Shown piece after piece: positions 17,690-27,022 of a stretch of DNA of 46,341 nt (position 1 is its first letter; each line of letters starts with the position of its first letter). Below the pieces are notes generated by a model, which saw only the letters and a list, made by a program, of their open reading frames with translations, ran no database searches and was not told the origin of the DNA. This DNA comes from a virus. Its lineage: Duplodnaviria; Caudoviricetes. The translations under genes and the position numbers were made by a program. The stretch lies in the IMG/VR virus record IMGVR_UViG_3300016665_000445, positions 1-46,341 of that record; one strand, written 5' to 3'.

Positions 17690-18307
17690 TCACCAATCGA
17701 TAAGAGATTCTTTTATTACATCTACTAGTTCTTCATTTTGTAAAATTTCGTGATGAGATGCTTCTATATTAATTATCTTAGAATTATTAGGCAACCAATT
17801 TATTTGTGAAGATATAGAAATCACTCCATCTGACTGTTCGAATATAAACGGATTAAATCCTTTTGTAGCTATAACATTAAAGATAGGTTTAGTAAAGGAT
17901 ATTTTGTGGAGTTTGTTAATAAAGGATGAATGATACATTATATCACTCAAAGCAGGTTCTCTAAATAACAGAAAAAATTCTGTTAATTTAGGAACTTTTA
18001 ATCCAGATAATGGAGATGCTATAGTAATAATTTTTGATGAATAGTCTTCAGGTTCCAATGAGAGAGCTATAAGCCCTCCCATTGAATGTCCTACTATTAT
18101 GCTATCTTTACCTACTTTATATAATTTATCTCTAGCATCAGAGATAATATCTTTAATACTTTTTTTAGAATTATCATATTCAAAATAAATTATATCATTA
18201 ATATACTTATTATATTTTTTAGATGCATATAAAGAATCAGAAATATGATTGAATGAATTTTTTGTACACCATGCACCATGAATTAAGAATATATTTTTTT
18301 TATTCAT
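17690..18307 (-). CDS. Alpha/beta hydrolase (esterase/lipase-like)
   Basis: LIHG, GHSMGG nucleophile elbow, SDGVI, SHHE. Confidence 0.85.
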   Translation of the reverse strand: MNKKNIFLIHGAWCTKNSFNHISDSLYASKKYNKYINDIIYFEYDNSKKSIKDIISDARDKLYKVGKDSIIVGHSMGGLIALSLEPEDYSSKIITIASPLSGLKVPKLTEFFLLFREPALSDIMYHSSFINKLHKISFTKPIFNVIATKGFNPFIFEQSDGVISISSQINWLPNNSKIINIEASHHEILQNEELVDVIKESLIDW

Positions 18308-18582
18308 TAGATATTCTTACACATAATGCCTACAACTTTATTTTTATCATGAGAAGGATCTGAGGTATTAGATGATTTTAACAATTTAAGTAATCCTTCT
18401 AAAACAGAAATATTAATTTTAGATATATCTTCTTTATTATAATATATAAAAAGATCTTCTAATACCATAGAATACATAAATGCATCATCACCACGAATGA
18501 ATACTCCTGGCCAATCAACTTCACCAGATTTATAGTGAAATACTATATTACCAGTTTCTACTCTATTCAATGAATTATTCAT
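18307..18582 (-). CDS. Hypothetical protein
   Basis: RVETG...DWPGVFIRGDDA; start at MNNS with GAGG SD, downstream of a sigma70 promoter. Confidence 0.6.
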   Translation of the reverse strand: MNNSLNRVETGNIVFHYKSGEVDWPGVFIRGDDAFMYSMVLEDLFIYYNKEDISKINISVLEGLLKLLKSSNTSDPSHDKNKVVGIMCKNI

Positions 18583-18616
18583 AATAACCTCATATGTGTT
18601 TTTTAACGACACATCG

Positions 18617-18644
18617 ATTATAACAGCATCAAAAAACCTGTCAA
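18617..18644 (-). promoter_or_regulatory. Consensus sigma70 (early) promoter heading the primase-thyX-nrdJ block
   Basis: TTGACA-N16-TATAAT with extended -10 TG. Confidence 0.8.
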
Positions 18645-18651
18645 GTGTTTT

Positions 18652-19053
18652 TTAGTGTATAAGATTAAAATATTTTACGAGATATGAGATAGCCCAAGAT
18701 GCAACTATGCCACCACCTATAGCCATCCAAATGTATTTTTCTAGTTGACTAATTCTTTCATTTAGCTTAGTATATTGTTGAGCAGTATCTTGTCTAAATT
18801 TAGATATCTCTTCAAATATATTTTTTTCTTGTTCATTCATGTTTTTATATACTTCACTTAATTTTGTTTCTAATTCGTCTTTTTGTTTTTCTGCCATGTT
18901 AAACAATATATTGGAATCTTTTTCTTGTTGAGTAATTCTTTGTTCTTGTACAGCTATCATAGTGCTTAAATCACCAGAAATTTTAGTTAATCTCTCTATA
19001 GCATCTTCTAAACGATTTTGTCTTTTTTCTAAGTTTTGAGCAGATTCTGCCAT
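18652..19053 (-). CDS. Coiled-coil protein with C-terminal TM helix
   Basis: Heptad-rich body; WMAIGGGIVASWAISYLV. Confidence 0.6.
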   Translation of the reverse strand: MAESAQNLEKRQNRLEDAIERLTKISGDLSTMIAVQEQRITQQEKDSNILFNMAEKQKDELETKLSEVYKNMNEQEKNIFEEISKFRQDTAQQYTKLNERISQLEKYIWMAIGGGIVASWAISYLVKYFNLIH

Positions 19054-19063
19054 ATTGGTACCT

Positions 19064-19819
19064 CTATATATACATTAACTTTTTGTTTTTTAACATAGCA
19101 GTACCACTTTCAGCAGAAGGATTCTGTTTCTTTAAATTGCCAGTCATAATATCAAGTGCATTTTGAGTATTAGGATTTTGATTTAATTCTTTGTTACCAT
19201 TATTTAAAGAATTTCTAACAGTATTATCTGATCCTTTTTGTTTAGGAGGTTTAGTAGGATCTTTTAATCTTCTCATAACAGGATTATCATTAGATTTATT
19301 TCTAGAGGGATCTTTAGTAGTATCTAATATTTCACGTAATTGTTTTCTTTTTCTTTTTTTAACTTTACCTGCCCAATAAGGATTTTCTGGTTGTGCTATT
19401 GATGATGATGGATTTGATGGAGAAGAATCACCCATAGAATTAGCAGGAACTGCTGATGATGTTTCTTCTCTAATAGCTAATTGTTTGAAGGAGGATGGAT
19501 ATGACAAATTAAATTTTTTCATAATACGACCAGCTAAAGTATTAGCTTCATCTTCTCTGCTTGATTCAGAGCTTTTACCACGTCCTGATATATTTTGTTT
19601 GAAATGTACGAGTTCATGAACTATAGTTCTCATAATATCATTAGGATGTCTTTCAGTTATACGTACATGAATATCTGAATTTATACTATGTCCAAATGCA
19701 TTATATTTATTTTCTTCATTACCAACAAAATGTATATTTGGAATTTTTGACAATCTTAATTCTTTTGCCGCAAATTTAATAAAAAAATGTAATAATTTAA
19801 TTTGCGAAGAACTAGGCAT
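19064..19819 (-). CDS. Zincin-like (HExxH) protein with low-complexity tail
   Basis: RTIVHELVHFKQ...EDEAN.LAG. Confidence 0.65.
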   Translation of the reverse strand: MPSSSQIKLLHFFIKFAAKELRLSKIPNIHFVGNEENKYNAFGHSINSDIHVRITERHPNDIMRTIVHELVHFKQNISGRGKSSESSREDEANTLAGRIMKKFNLSYPSSFKQLAIREETSSAVPANSMGDSSPSNPSSSIAQPENPYWAGKVKKRKRKQLREILDTTKDPSRNKSNDNPVMRRLKDPTKPPKQKGSDNTVRNSLNNGNKELNQNPNTQNALDIMTGNLKKQNPSAESGTAMLKNKKLMYI

Positions 19820-20220
19820 TAAACTTTCCTTAATATTTTTATTATATTTTCATCCATTGATATTAGATTAGTATCTATAATTCTTTCATCACCGACATTA
19901 TATATTTTCTCTTGTAATATATTTAGAAATATTAAAAAAGGTTTAATATATTTCATTTGATCTTTTAATTTTAGAAATAATATTTTACATAGTATTTCTG
20001 GTCCAAAGCAATTATTTAATATAATAATATGATTTAAGATCAATCTTTCTTTCAATTCACCTTTTTCAATATATCGAGTAATTAATTTTTTAATATATTT
20101 AATTCTGTTAAGATCTTCATAAAACTCTTCCGTAGAATGAAATTCATAATTATCATAATGTGCTGCACAAAACAGCATAAAATTTTTATCATTCAATTTT
20201 TCAATATTCATTATTACCAA
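19819..20220 (-). CDS. Conserved T4-like late-region protein
   Basis: EEFYEDLNRIKYIKKL, ERLILNHIIIL.N.FG. Confidence 0.65.
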   Translation of the reverse strand: MVIMNIEKLNDKNFMLFCAAHYDNYEFHSTEEFYEDLNRIKYIKKLITRYIEKGELKERLILNHIIILNNCFGPEILCKILFLKLKDQMKYIKPFLIFLNILQEKIYNVGDERIIDTNLISMDENIIKILRKV

Positions 20221-20486
20221 GTGTTAATAGCTGCTCTTTTCCATGTATTATTAGCCACACAAACATAGACATATGATGAATCATATCTTATAGTTCCTGC
20301 TATTCCATTAGCGGATGAATTAGCAGGAACTGAAGAAGATAAAGTTATATTAGCATATACTATAGAAGCATTAACTGTTCTGACAGAAGCAGCACCAGAA
20401 GGATTTTTAAGAATTAAGAATCTATCTGATGATGCAACGTTAGTGGTAGTAGGAAGTTCGGATACTTTATAACCTGTATTAGCCAT
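20214..20486 (-). CDS. Small virion structural/fibre-like protein
   Basis: KVSELP, P..SSANG.AG.I.YD..YVYVCVA.NTWKR. Confidence 0.6.
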   Translation of the reverse strand: MANTGYKVSELPTTTNVASSDRFLILKNPSGAASVRTVNASIVYANITLSSSVPANSSANGIAGTIRYDSSYVYVCVANNTWKRAAINTW

Positions 20487-20488
20487 GA

Positions 20489-21475
20489 TTATTCAGGAAG
20501 AATTGTATCATCGGCCGCATCTGCTGTAGTAGCAGCAGTACCATAAGCGGCAGTTTGAGCGCCTAGAGAACCCATAGCTACGAGAGTTTCGTAATGTACT
20601 CTACCTGCTCTACCCCCTTGTCCTTCACGTCTTACAACCCATCCTGCATGTGCTACACCACCATTTTTCGCTCCTGATACTACAACGTATCCTGTAGCAG
20701 TATCACCAGTTACTGTATGTGTTTCGCCTGGATTAGTTGTTCTAGCATCAGTGATATCAATATTAGCACCACCAGATGTTGTAGATAATGCAATTGCAGT
20801 TGTATTAGCAAAAGATACATAATAATATGTATTTCCTGTTAATGGAGCAATTGGAGTATTACCAGTTGGAACGGTATAATAAAGTCTATCACCAGCTTGG
20901 AATTTAGAATTTGCTGTAGATATTAGTAATACATCATTTGTATTGCTAAACCCTGTAGAATTTGCTGTAATATTAATTGCAGATGGAGCAGCAATAGTTA
21001 ATGCTGGTGCAACAGTATATGAATTTCCTGGTAATGCAATTGGTAATGAAGTAATATGACCACCTACACCGGCAGTAACATTAGCAAAAGCATTTACGGC
21101 AGTAGCATTTGTTGTACCATTAGCAAGTGTTAATGTAACAACAGCATTAGCTGAATATCCAGATCCACCAAATGTTACATATGTTAGAGCTAGATTACCA
21201 GCAGATATTCCCATTTCTGTAGCATCTACACCAAAAACACCTACTGCTTGATTTGCAATAAATGCTCCGATTGTAGTATTGTTAAACATATTGACATCTA
21301 CAGATGCTCTTGATCCTGATGATGTATTACCAAAATGAGCATTTGCTCCATCAACACGATTTACTTGATCTCCCTTTACGAGAGCATAAGTACCGATTGG
21401 TGCACCATTAGATGTTTCTTTAGTTGTAGTAGAATTTGCTGTGACTGCTTGATCGTTACGACCCCATAAAGGCAT
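20489..21475 (-). CDS. Putative virion structural protein
   Basis: A/T/G/N-rich; MPLWG, GGSGY, HAGWV, GRAGRVHYETLVAM; TATAAATA upstream. Confidence 0.65.
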   Translation of the reverse strand: MPLWGRNDQAVTANSTTTKETSNGAPIGTYALVKGDQVNRVDGANAHFGNTSSGSRASVDVNMFNNTTIGAFIANQAVGVFGVDATEMGISAGNLALTYVTFGGSGYSANAVVTLTLANGTTNATAVNAFANVTAGVGGHITSLPIALPGNSYTVAPALTIAAPSAINITANSTGFSNTNDVLLISTANSKFQAGDRLYYTVPTGNTPIAPLTGNTYYYVSFANTTAIALSTTSGGANIDITDARTTNPGETHTVTGDTATGYVVVSGAKNGGVAHAGWVVRREGQGGRAGRVHYETLVAMGSLGAQTAAYGTAATTADAADDTILPE

Positions 21476-21507
21476 GTTTTTATTCCTTCTTTAATAATTT
21501 TTATTTG

Positions 21508-21515
21508 TATTTATA
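21508..21515 (-). promoter_or_regulatory. Late promoter TATAAATA
   Basis: Exact consensus about 32 nt upstream of the 21475 start. Confidence 0.75.
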
Positions 21516-21716
21516 TTAATCATCATCTAATGTAAGCATATCCAAAAGGTATTGAGATTTCTTACCTATTTTTTTATTTTTACCATTTACAACTAATATG
21601 GCATGATCTTTATTAATATCTTCATTAGAAATATCTGAAGATTCAGGGAGGTTAGATTTTTGTTTAACCTCCTCTAAATTTGTTCCCACAATTAAATTAT
21701 TAGAATAAAGAGCCAC
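21516..21716 (-). CDS. Small hypothetical protein
   Basis: GTG start with GGAGG SD, abuts the upstream stop. Confidence 0.5.
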   Translation of the reverse strand: MALYSNNLIVGTNLEEVKQKSNLPESSDISNEDINKDHAILVVNGKNKKIGKKSQYLLDMLTLDDD

Positions 21717-23125
21717 TATTTACATCCTCCTTCACATTCACACTTTCTTTTTTTACAAGTAGGACAAACTTTTTTACCACTTTCGGTAATTGAAGTTGTA
21801 TCACCTTGTCTATCTATTTGACCTCTACCAGTAATTTGTTGATTTTCTTTTTGAGAAACAGAAGGATAATCTTCAAGGACAGAATTGATATGTGCTATTT
21901 CTTCATCAGAAAATTCAATTTCTTCATCTAATTGTCTAACCATTTTCTTATGATATTCTAATCTTTTTTTAACAGAAGAATCAGAAGGATCATCTTCTAA
22001 TCTTTTCATTAATTGTTTTACCATTTTTTTATGATATGATAATCTTTCCATATCTTCATTAATTTCAATTTCATCTTCTTCTTTAATATTTTTAGCTATA
22101 GCTTGTCTACGATTTTTTAGATATTTGTCTGTAGAATCTACTTTTCCATCATTATCAATATCTTCATCTTCTTTTCCTACAGGATCTAATTTTTTACCTT
22201 TATGGTGTCTTTTTTCTTCTAGAGCTAAGAAAGCTCTTACTAATAGAGATTCAGCAACTTTTTTCTTTTTACCACCAGATTCTAATGATAATCCACCTGT
22301 ACCTTTAAACATTTTATCAGCTAAAGATGTTTTATCTTCAGCATCTTTTCTAGCAACATAAGCTTTACCTTTATCAGTTAAACCATATGTTCCTGATGAT
22401 GGATCTCTTTGTGTTACTGGTGTTTTATAATCTGTTTTAGGTTGTGTAGAACGTTCTGTTCCAGATGATTTTGATGGAGCAGATGGAGCAGATGTAGTTT
22501 TTTTACCAATTCCATGATATTTTTCGGTACCTTCTCCAGGCATTTCTGTATCTACAGCAGATGGAGTAGATGGAGTAGATGGAGTAGATGGAGTAGGTGG
22601 GGTAGATTTTTTATCACTTATTAATTTTGATGCTCCATAAGCACCAGCAGCACCAGCAGCACCAATTGCTAAAGTTTTAGTTGCAGGTTCTTTAGCAAAA
22701 TCTTTAAATTTATCTCCTAAACTTTTAGGAGCAGCAGGAGCAGTTGATGTTGCAGGAGCAGCAGGAACAGCAGGAACAGAAGCAGGGGCTTTACCAGCAG
22801 CAGCAGTAGCGGGAGCAGCGGGAGCAGAAGGAGTAGCGGGAGTAGCAGGAGTAGCAGGAGCAGCAGGAGATTTAGGAGGAGCAGCTTTAGGGGTAGATCC
22901 AAAATAACTCATTCCCTCACGTGCTTTTCTTTCTAATTGTTTTGCAATGTCACTTTTTCTTACACTTTGAAGACTTTGTCTTATAGTATCTTTAATTGGT
23001 GGACTGCCAAATTTTTCATCAATTACTTCAACTTCTTCATTTTTAATTTGTCTATTTTCTTCTATTACTTTTTTAACGGAATTAATTAGGTCTTGAGGTA
23101 AACCAAATTTTTTATCTGCAAACAT
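21716..23125 (-). CDS. Pro/Ala-rich putative internal head protein
   Basis: PA/PT repeats, [11 protein letters not shown]-hand-like loop, many (I/L)xE motifs, AATAAATA upstream (23159-23166). Confidence 0.55.
   Translation of the reverse strand: MFADKKFGLPQDLINSVKKVIEENRQIKNEEVEVIDEKFGSPPIKDTIRQSLQSVRKSDIAKQLERKAREGMSYFGSTPKAAPPKSPAAPATPATPATPSAPAAPATAAAGKAPASVPAVPAAPATSTAPAAPKSLGDKFKDFAKEPATKTLAIGAAGAAGAYGASKLISDKKSTPPTPSTPSTPSTPSAVDTEMPGEGTEKYHGIGKKTTSAPSAPSKSSGTERSTQPKTDYKTPVTQRDPSSGTYGLTDKGKAYVARKDAEDKTSLADKMFKGTGGLSLESGGKKKKVAESLLVRAFLALEEKRHHKGKKLDPVGKEDEDIDNDGKVDSTDKYLKNRRQAIAKNIKEEDEIEINEDMERLSYHKKMVKQLMKRLEDDPSDSSVKKRLEYHKKMVRQLDEEIEFSDEEIAHINSVLEDYPSVSQKENQQITGRGQIDRQGDTTSITESGKKVCPTCKKRKCECEGGCK
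22559..22594. repeat. Perfect 9-nt tandem repeat x4 (agatggagt) encoding (TPS)4
   Basis: Read directly; degenerate gcagga/gtagcg-type repeats also at about 22730-22885. Confidence 0.85.
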
Positions 23126-23164
23126 TATTTTTATCCTTTTTAATTGTTTTTTGATATATATTTA

Positions 23165-24925
23165 TTATTTTTTTGATCGCATGAAAGCTTTAAGAACATG
23201 ATCTTTAGCTTTTATTTTAGATGGTCCACCTGATTCATAACCTCCTTGACCAAAAACTGCTGATCTTCCTTGTCTAGCTTTTTCTAATTCTTGAGACGCC
23301 CAATCAGATTTAGGTTCTGGTTGTGAAGGTTTAGACATTTGAGGTTGTCTAGGTTGAGGCTTAGGTTGTTGTACAGGTTGTGATTGTGGTTGTGGTTTAG
23401 TTTGTACTGATGGTTGTTTTTCAGGTTCAGAATATGAAGGAGATTTAACTATTTGTTTGTCTGAATATCCACCCATGTCTGAAGGTTTTGATAATTCAGA
23501 AGGAGGAACTAAAGGATTAGTGACACCTTTAGCTTGTGAATCTGTACCACCAAATGATTTACCAGATATAGGATCATATTTTTGTCCTACATTAGGAATT
23601 TTGTTTTTTTCAGGTTCTGGTTTGTTTGGTTCTGCTGGTTTAGATGCAGGGGTAGTAGAAGAAGGAGGAGTAGTAGGAGCAGGTGCAGGTGTTGCTCCAG
23701 ATTTTATTGATTCTGGTTTAGGTGCAGGTGTTGCTCCTGTTGCAGGTTTATCATCTTTTTTTTCTTCAGGAGAGTCAGGAGAAAACATTGATCTACCAAA
23801 ATCTGCTCCCATAAATCCCCAACCTACTGGTCCAGGTATAGCAGATCCTGCTGCTAATGCTGCTCCTGTATAATCACCTTTATATGCTTTATATCCTGCT
23901 AATCCTAATCCAGTGGCAGTTTGAACTCCAGGTATAACTCTTGCAGCTTTTGCTAATGGTCCACTTAATTTAGAAGTAAGATTAGAAGCAAGACCAGCAA
24001 TTCCTGCCCCTGCTTGTGTATAACCTAAATTTTTTTCAACATTATCTGGTTCTTTAGAAGGAGAAACAGTACTGAGTGCAGCACCACCTACTGTTCCTGT
24101 GCCTATAGTTGTAGCCGCTTTTTTAGATGGAGATAATTTAGAATATGAACGTATAGCTCTAGAAACTAAATTTTCTTCTTGTATAGCAGTTTTTAATTTT
24201 GGATTGAATACAACTTGTGATTCACCACTTTCTGTTTCTACTTTTTTTCTTTTTTGTTCTTTTTTCTTTTTAAGAGTAACATTAAAAAATTCTAATAGTG
24301 TTTTTTCTTCATCAATAATTCTAGTTAATATAGCACTTTGTTTGCCTAATTTAGATTTTTTATCTTTAGGAGATTTAGCAGTATCAGGACGTGAAACATA
24401 TTCTATCTCTTTTCTATCTGTTTCCTCTGTCACTTTTCCTTGCATGGTAGAAGAAGTATGCATCTTAGCTTCTTTTCTTTTACCAGAATGAAACTTAGCA
24501 TGTTGAGTAGTTCTTTCTTGTTGTTCGCCTGATTTTTTAGGTCTTATAACAGGATTAGGTTCCATGAAAGCATCAGGTATACCTTTAAATTTACCACCAA
24601 CAATACCCATTTCATCTAAAGTTTCTTCGTTCGTTTTTCTTCTTCTAGATTTTTGTCTAGCTTCAGTAGATGATGTAGATACGCTAACAGGTTGAATAGT
24701 TGGTGGAATAGTAGGTGTTTGCTGTTGTCCAGGTGTTTGTGGTTGTTGTTTATCACTAGAACCTAATACTTCAGACGCTACAGCAGCACCAGCTAAAGAT
24801 TTCTTTGGATTCTTAGAAACCCATTGTGATACACCTTTAAATACATCAGAAATTATACCTTCATCCAATTGTTTTGAATGAACTTGTCTGATAGTATGTT
24901 CTAAACTAGTATATTTTTTTGACAT
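23165..24925 (-). CDS. Large low-complexity putative internal head/ejection protein
   Basis: P/Q/K-rich, Gly/Ala-rich hydrophobic segments, (I/L/V)xE motifs, duplicated GATPAP. Confidence 0.55.
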   Translation of the reverse strand: MSKKYTSLEHTIRQVHSKQLDEGIISDVFKGVSQWVSKNPKKSLAGAAVASEVLGSSDKQQPQTPGQQQTPTIPPTIQPVSVSTSSTEARQKSRRRKTNEETLDEMGIVGGKFKGIPDAFMEPNPVIRPKKSGEQQERTTQHAKFHSGKRKEAKMHTSSTMQGKVTEETDRKEIEYVSRPDTAKSPKDKKSKLGKQSAILTRIIDEEKTLLEFFNVTLKKKKEQKRKKVETESGESQVVFNPKLKTAIQEENLVSRAIRSYSKLSPSKKAATTIGTGTVGGAALSTVSPSKEPDNVEKNLGYTQAGAGIAGLASNLTSKLSGPLAKAARVIPGVQTATGLGLAGYKAYKGDYTGAALAAGSAIPGPVGWGFMGADFGRSMFSPDSPEEKKDDKPATGATPAPKPESIKSGATPAPAPTTPPSSTTPASKPAEPNKPEPEKNKIPNVGQKYDPISGKSFGGTDSQAKGVTNPLVPPSELSKPSDMGGYSDKQIVKSPSYSEPEKQPSVQTKPQPQSQPVQQPKPQPRQPQMSKPSQPEPKSDWASQELEKARQGRSAVFGQGGYESGGPSKIKAKDHVLKAFMRSKK

Positions 24926-24928
24926 TTA

Positions 24929-25366
24929 TTAAGCCTTTAAGATAGATCTTAACATCCATTCATGTTTTTTATGAGCATCAATACGATCTTGAATGAAATT
25001 AGTTAATCCATGTTGTTTTTGTTTTTCTGCTTCAGTATAAGCATATGTTAAATCTGATATCAAAGTCTCATTATCTTTTAATAATTTTTGACACATCATT
25101 ACAGCAGATGGAACAGAAGTTTCATCCGATATATTCGATAACTCTTTAAATCTTCCAAAAGATCCAGGTGCATATGCATCTAATGTACGAATGTGTTCTG
25201 CAATTGCATCTATAGATCCGTATACTTCTGAATATATAGTTTCGAAGAATGCGTGATATTGAGGGAAGTTAATCCCTTCGACATTCCAATGATAGTAATG
25301 AGCTTTTAGATAAAAGGCAAAACTATCTGCCAAAACTACTTTCATTCTTTCTATTAATTCTTTCAT
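24929..25366 (-). CDS. dps: Dps-family ferritin-like protein
   Basis: KAHYYHWNVEG..F...H, D.IAEHIR, HKKHEWML. Confidence 0.92.
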   Translation of the reverse strand: MKELIERMKVVLADSFAFYLKAHYYHWNVEGINFPQYHAFFETIYSEVYGSIDAIAEHIRTLDAYAPGSFGRFKELSNISDETSVPSAVMMCQKLLKDNETLISDLTYAYTEAEKQKQHGLTNFIQDRIDAHKKHEWMLRSILKA

Positions 25367-25377
25367 TTAATTATCCT

Positions 25378-26940
25378 TTAACAATTCCATTTACGTAAAG
25401 ATTTATTAATTCTTGAATCTGGATCACGTGCTGTTTTAGCAGATGTTAATTTCTTTTTCATACCTTTCATACGTCTACAGAATGATAGTCTTCTTTTAGC
25501 TTTTTTTGATCCAGGTTTTAATTTAGATGGTTCAGTAGTTACAGCAGTTTGTAATTTTGATCCTGGATTTGCTGCTCTATAAGAAGCAACACCTTTTTTA
25601 TTCAATCCACCTTTTGGATCTTTACCTTCTTTACGTTGCCATGCGGGTGTTTTTGCTTCTTCTAATTTATTAGAAATTACTTGTTTAATAGTTTCTAAAA
25701 CTTTTTTCTTTTGACCAGGAGTATCACGAGTATAGATATCAACCAATTCATCAGATGCATCGAATCTAGATGCAGATTTATTTTTATTTTTTGAATGAGG
25801 TTCTGACATTACTCTTTCATTCATTTTACTTTTTTCCATTTTTGATAATTTGTTATAGTAATCAGGAATTTCTGACACATGAGCAGATGCTATTCTTCTT
25901 GCTGTTTTATTAGAAGAAGTATGTTCATGCTCTACAGATTGTCCTTTATTTAATTGTTTTAATATAGCTTTGACAGGGACTTTGAATTTTTTAGATATTT
26001 GATTTGGTGTTAAAACTTTTTTATCTAATTTTTGTTCTGATAATCCTTGTGCTTTTTTAACAGCTTTCAAAGTTTTATAAACGATACCATCAGCGAAAGT
26101 TTTATCTCTAGGTAAGTAAATTATTTCACCAGAAGGATGTTCCCATCTTTCATGTTTAGATCCACCTTTTGATACGAAATTATTACTACTTAGATGTTTT
26201 TCCATTATTCTTCTATCAGAGAATGATGCTTCATCTATGTATTCTTCATTAACGGATTTCCATCCTCCTCCACGATTTTTATACCATTTAGAGGCCCAAC
26301 CATTTGCGTAAGCTGATGGATATACATCAAATTTACTACGAGCTAATGATTTAGCCTTTGACCATAAGGAAGGATTTGTGGGAACATTTTTTTCTTCAAG
26401 GTATTCTTCTGATATTTTACCTTTACCATAATTAGATACATTTACAGGCTTTCCACCTTTTCCCGATCTATCTACCACTGGATCATTTCTCCTTTTAGCA
26501 GCAACAGCGGCTGCTCTTTCTTTTTTTGTTAATTGTTTACGTTTTTCATTAGACATACATTTAGGTTTAGGTTCTCCAGGCTCTCTGGCACATGGTCCTA
26601 TTGCTTCACCTTTAGAATTTATTCTTTTCCATCCGCCTTCTGGATGTTTAGGATTAAACCAATTTCTTAAATCTTCATCTATTTTAACAGCAAATCCTCC
26701 AGCTACAAATGAATTAACTCTATCAAATGCAAATTGCTCTCTAGTTCCTCCAAAATCTTCATTCCATATAGAATAACCACGATTATATACTTCTTCTAAT
26801 ATAGAAAAAGGAATATCATGTTTTTCTGATTTTTTTTGTAATGAAATAATAGCTTTTTCAGACAAGGGGATGGCAGACCTTGCATCTGGTATATCACAAT
26901 CTAGCTGAGAATTAATAATATTATTTAATTTTTTAACCAT
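25378..26940 (-). CDS. Modular late polyprotein-like protein containing a HicA-like domain
   Basis: Series of short basic modules separated by (I/L/V/M)xE linkers; GGSKHERWEHP module. Confidence 0.6.
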   Translation of the reverse strand: MVKKLNNIINSQLDCDIPDARSAIPLSEKAIISLQKKSEKHDIPFSILEEVYNRGYSIWNEDFGGTREQFAFDRVNSFVAGGFAVKIDEDLRNWFNPKHPEGGWKRINSKGEAIGPCAREPGEPKPKCMSNEKRKQLTKKERAAAVAAKRRNDPVVDRSGKGGKPVNVSNYGKGKISEEYLEEKNVPTNPSLWSKAKSLARSKFDVYPSAYANGWASKWYKNRGGGWKSVNEEYIDEASFSDRRIMEKHLSSNNFVSKGGSKHERWEHPSGEIIYLPRDKTFADGIVYKTLKAVKKAQGLSEQKLDKKVLTPNQISKKFKVPVKAILKQLNKGQSVEHEHTSSNKTARRIASAHVSEIPDYYNKLSKMEKSKMNERVMSEPHSKNKNKSASRFDASDELVDIYTRDTPGQKKKVLETIKQVISNKLEEAKTPAWQRKEGKDPKGGLNKKGVASYRAANPGSKLQTAVTTEPSKLKPGSKKAKRRLSFCRRMKGMKKKLTSAKTARDPDSRINKSLRKWNC

Positions 26941-27015
26941 TGGAGTTTCCCTGTAGGCTTATCCATTGAATGCAGGTCTGCCATAGCCTTACTGCACTAA
27001 CAATTATTATTTATG
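26941..27015 (-). promoter_or_regulatory. Late promoter (CATAAATA, 27008-27015) plus structured 5' leader
   Basis: Stem AGTGCAG/CTGCATT; loop AGGCT complementary to downstream AGCCT; GC-rich against AT-rich background. Confidence 0.55.
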
Positions 27016-27022
27016 ATAAAAA

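Noticed and set aside
22559-22890. Short repeats as a possible CRISPR array or origin iterons
   Set aside because: They are 9-nt in-frame coding repeats with no spacers.
22717-22902. Poly-Leu ORF on the minus strand
   Set aside because: Alternative frame of the Pro/Ala repeat region of ORF 21716-23125.
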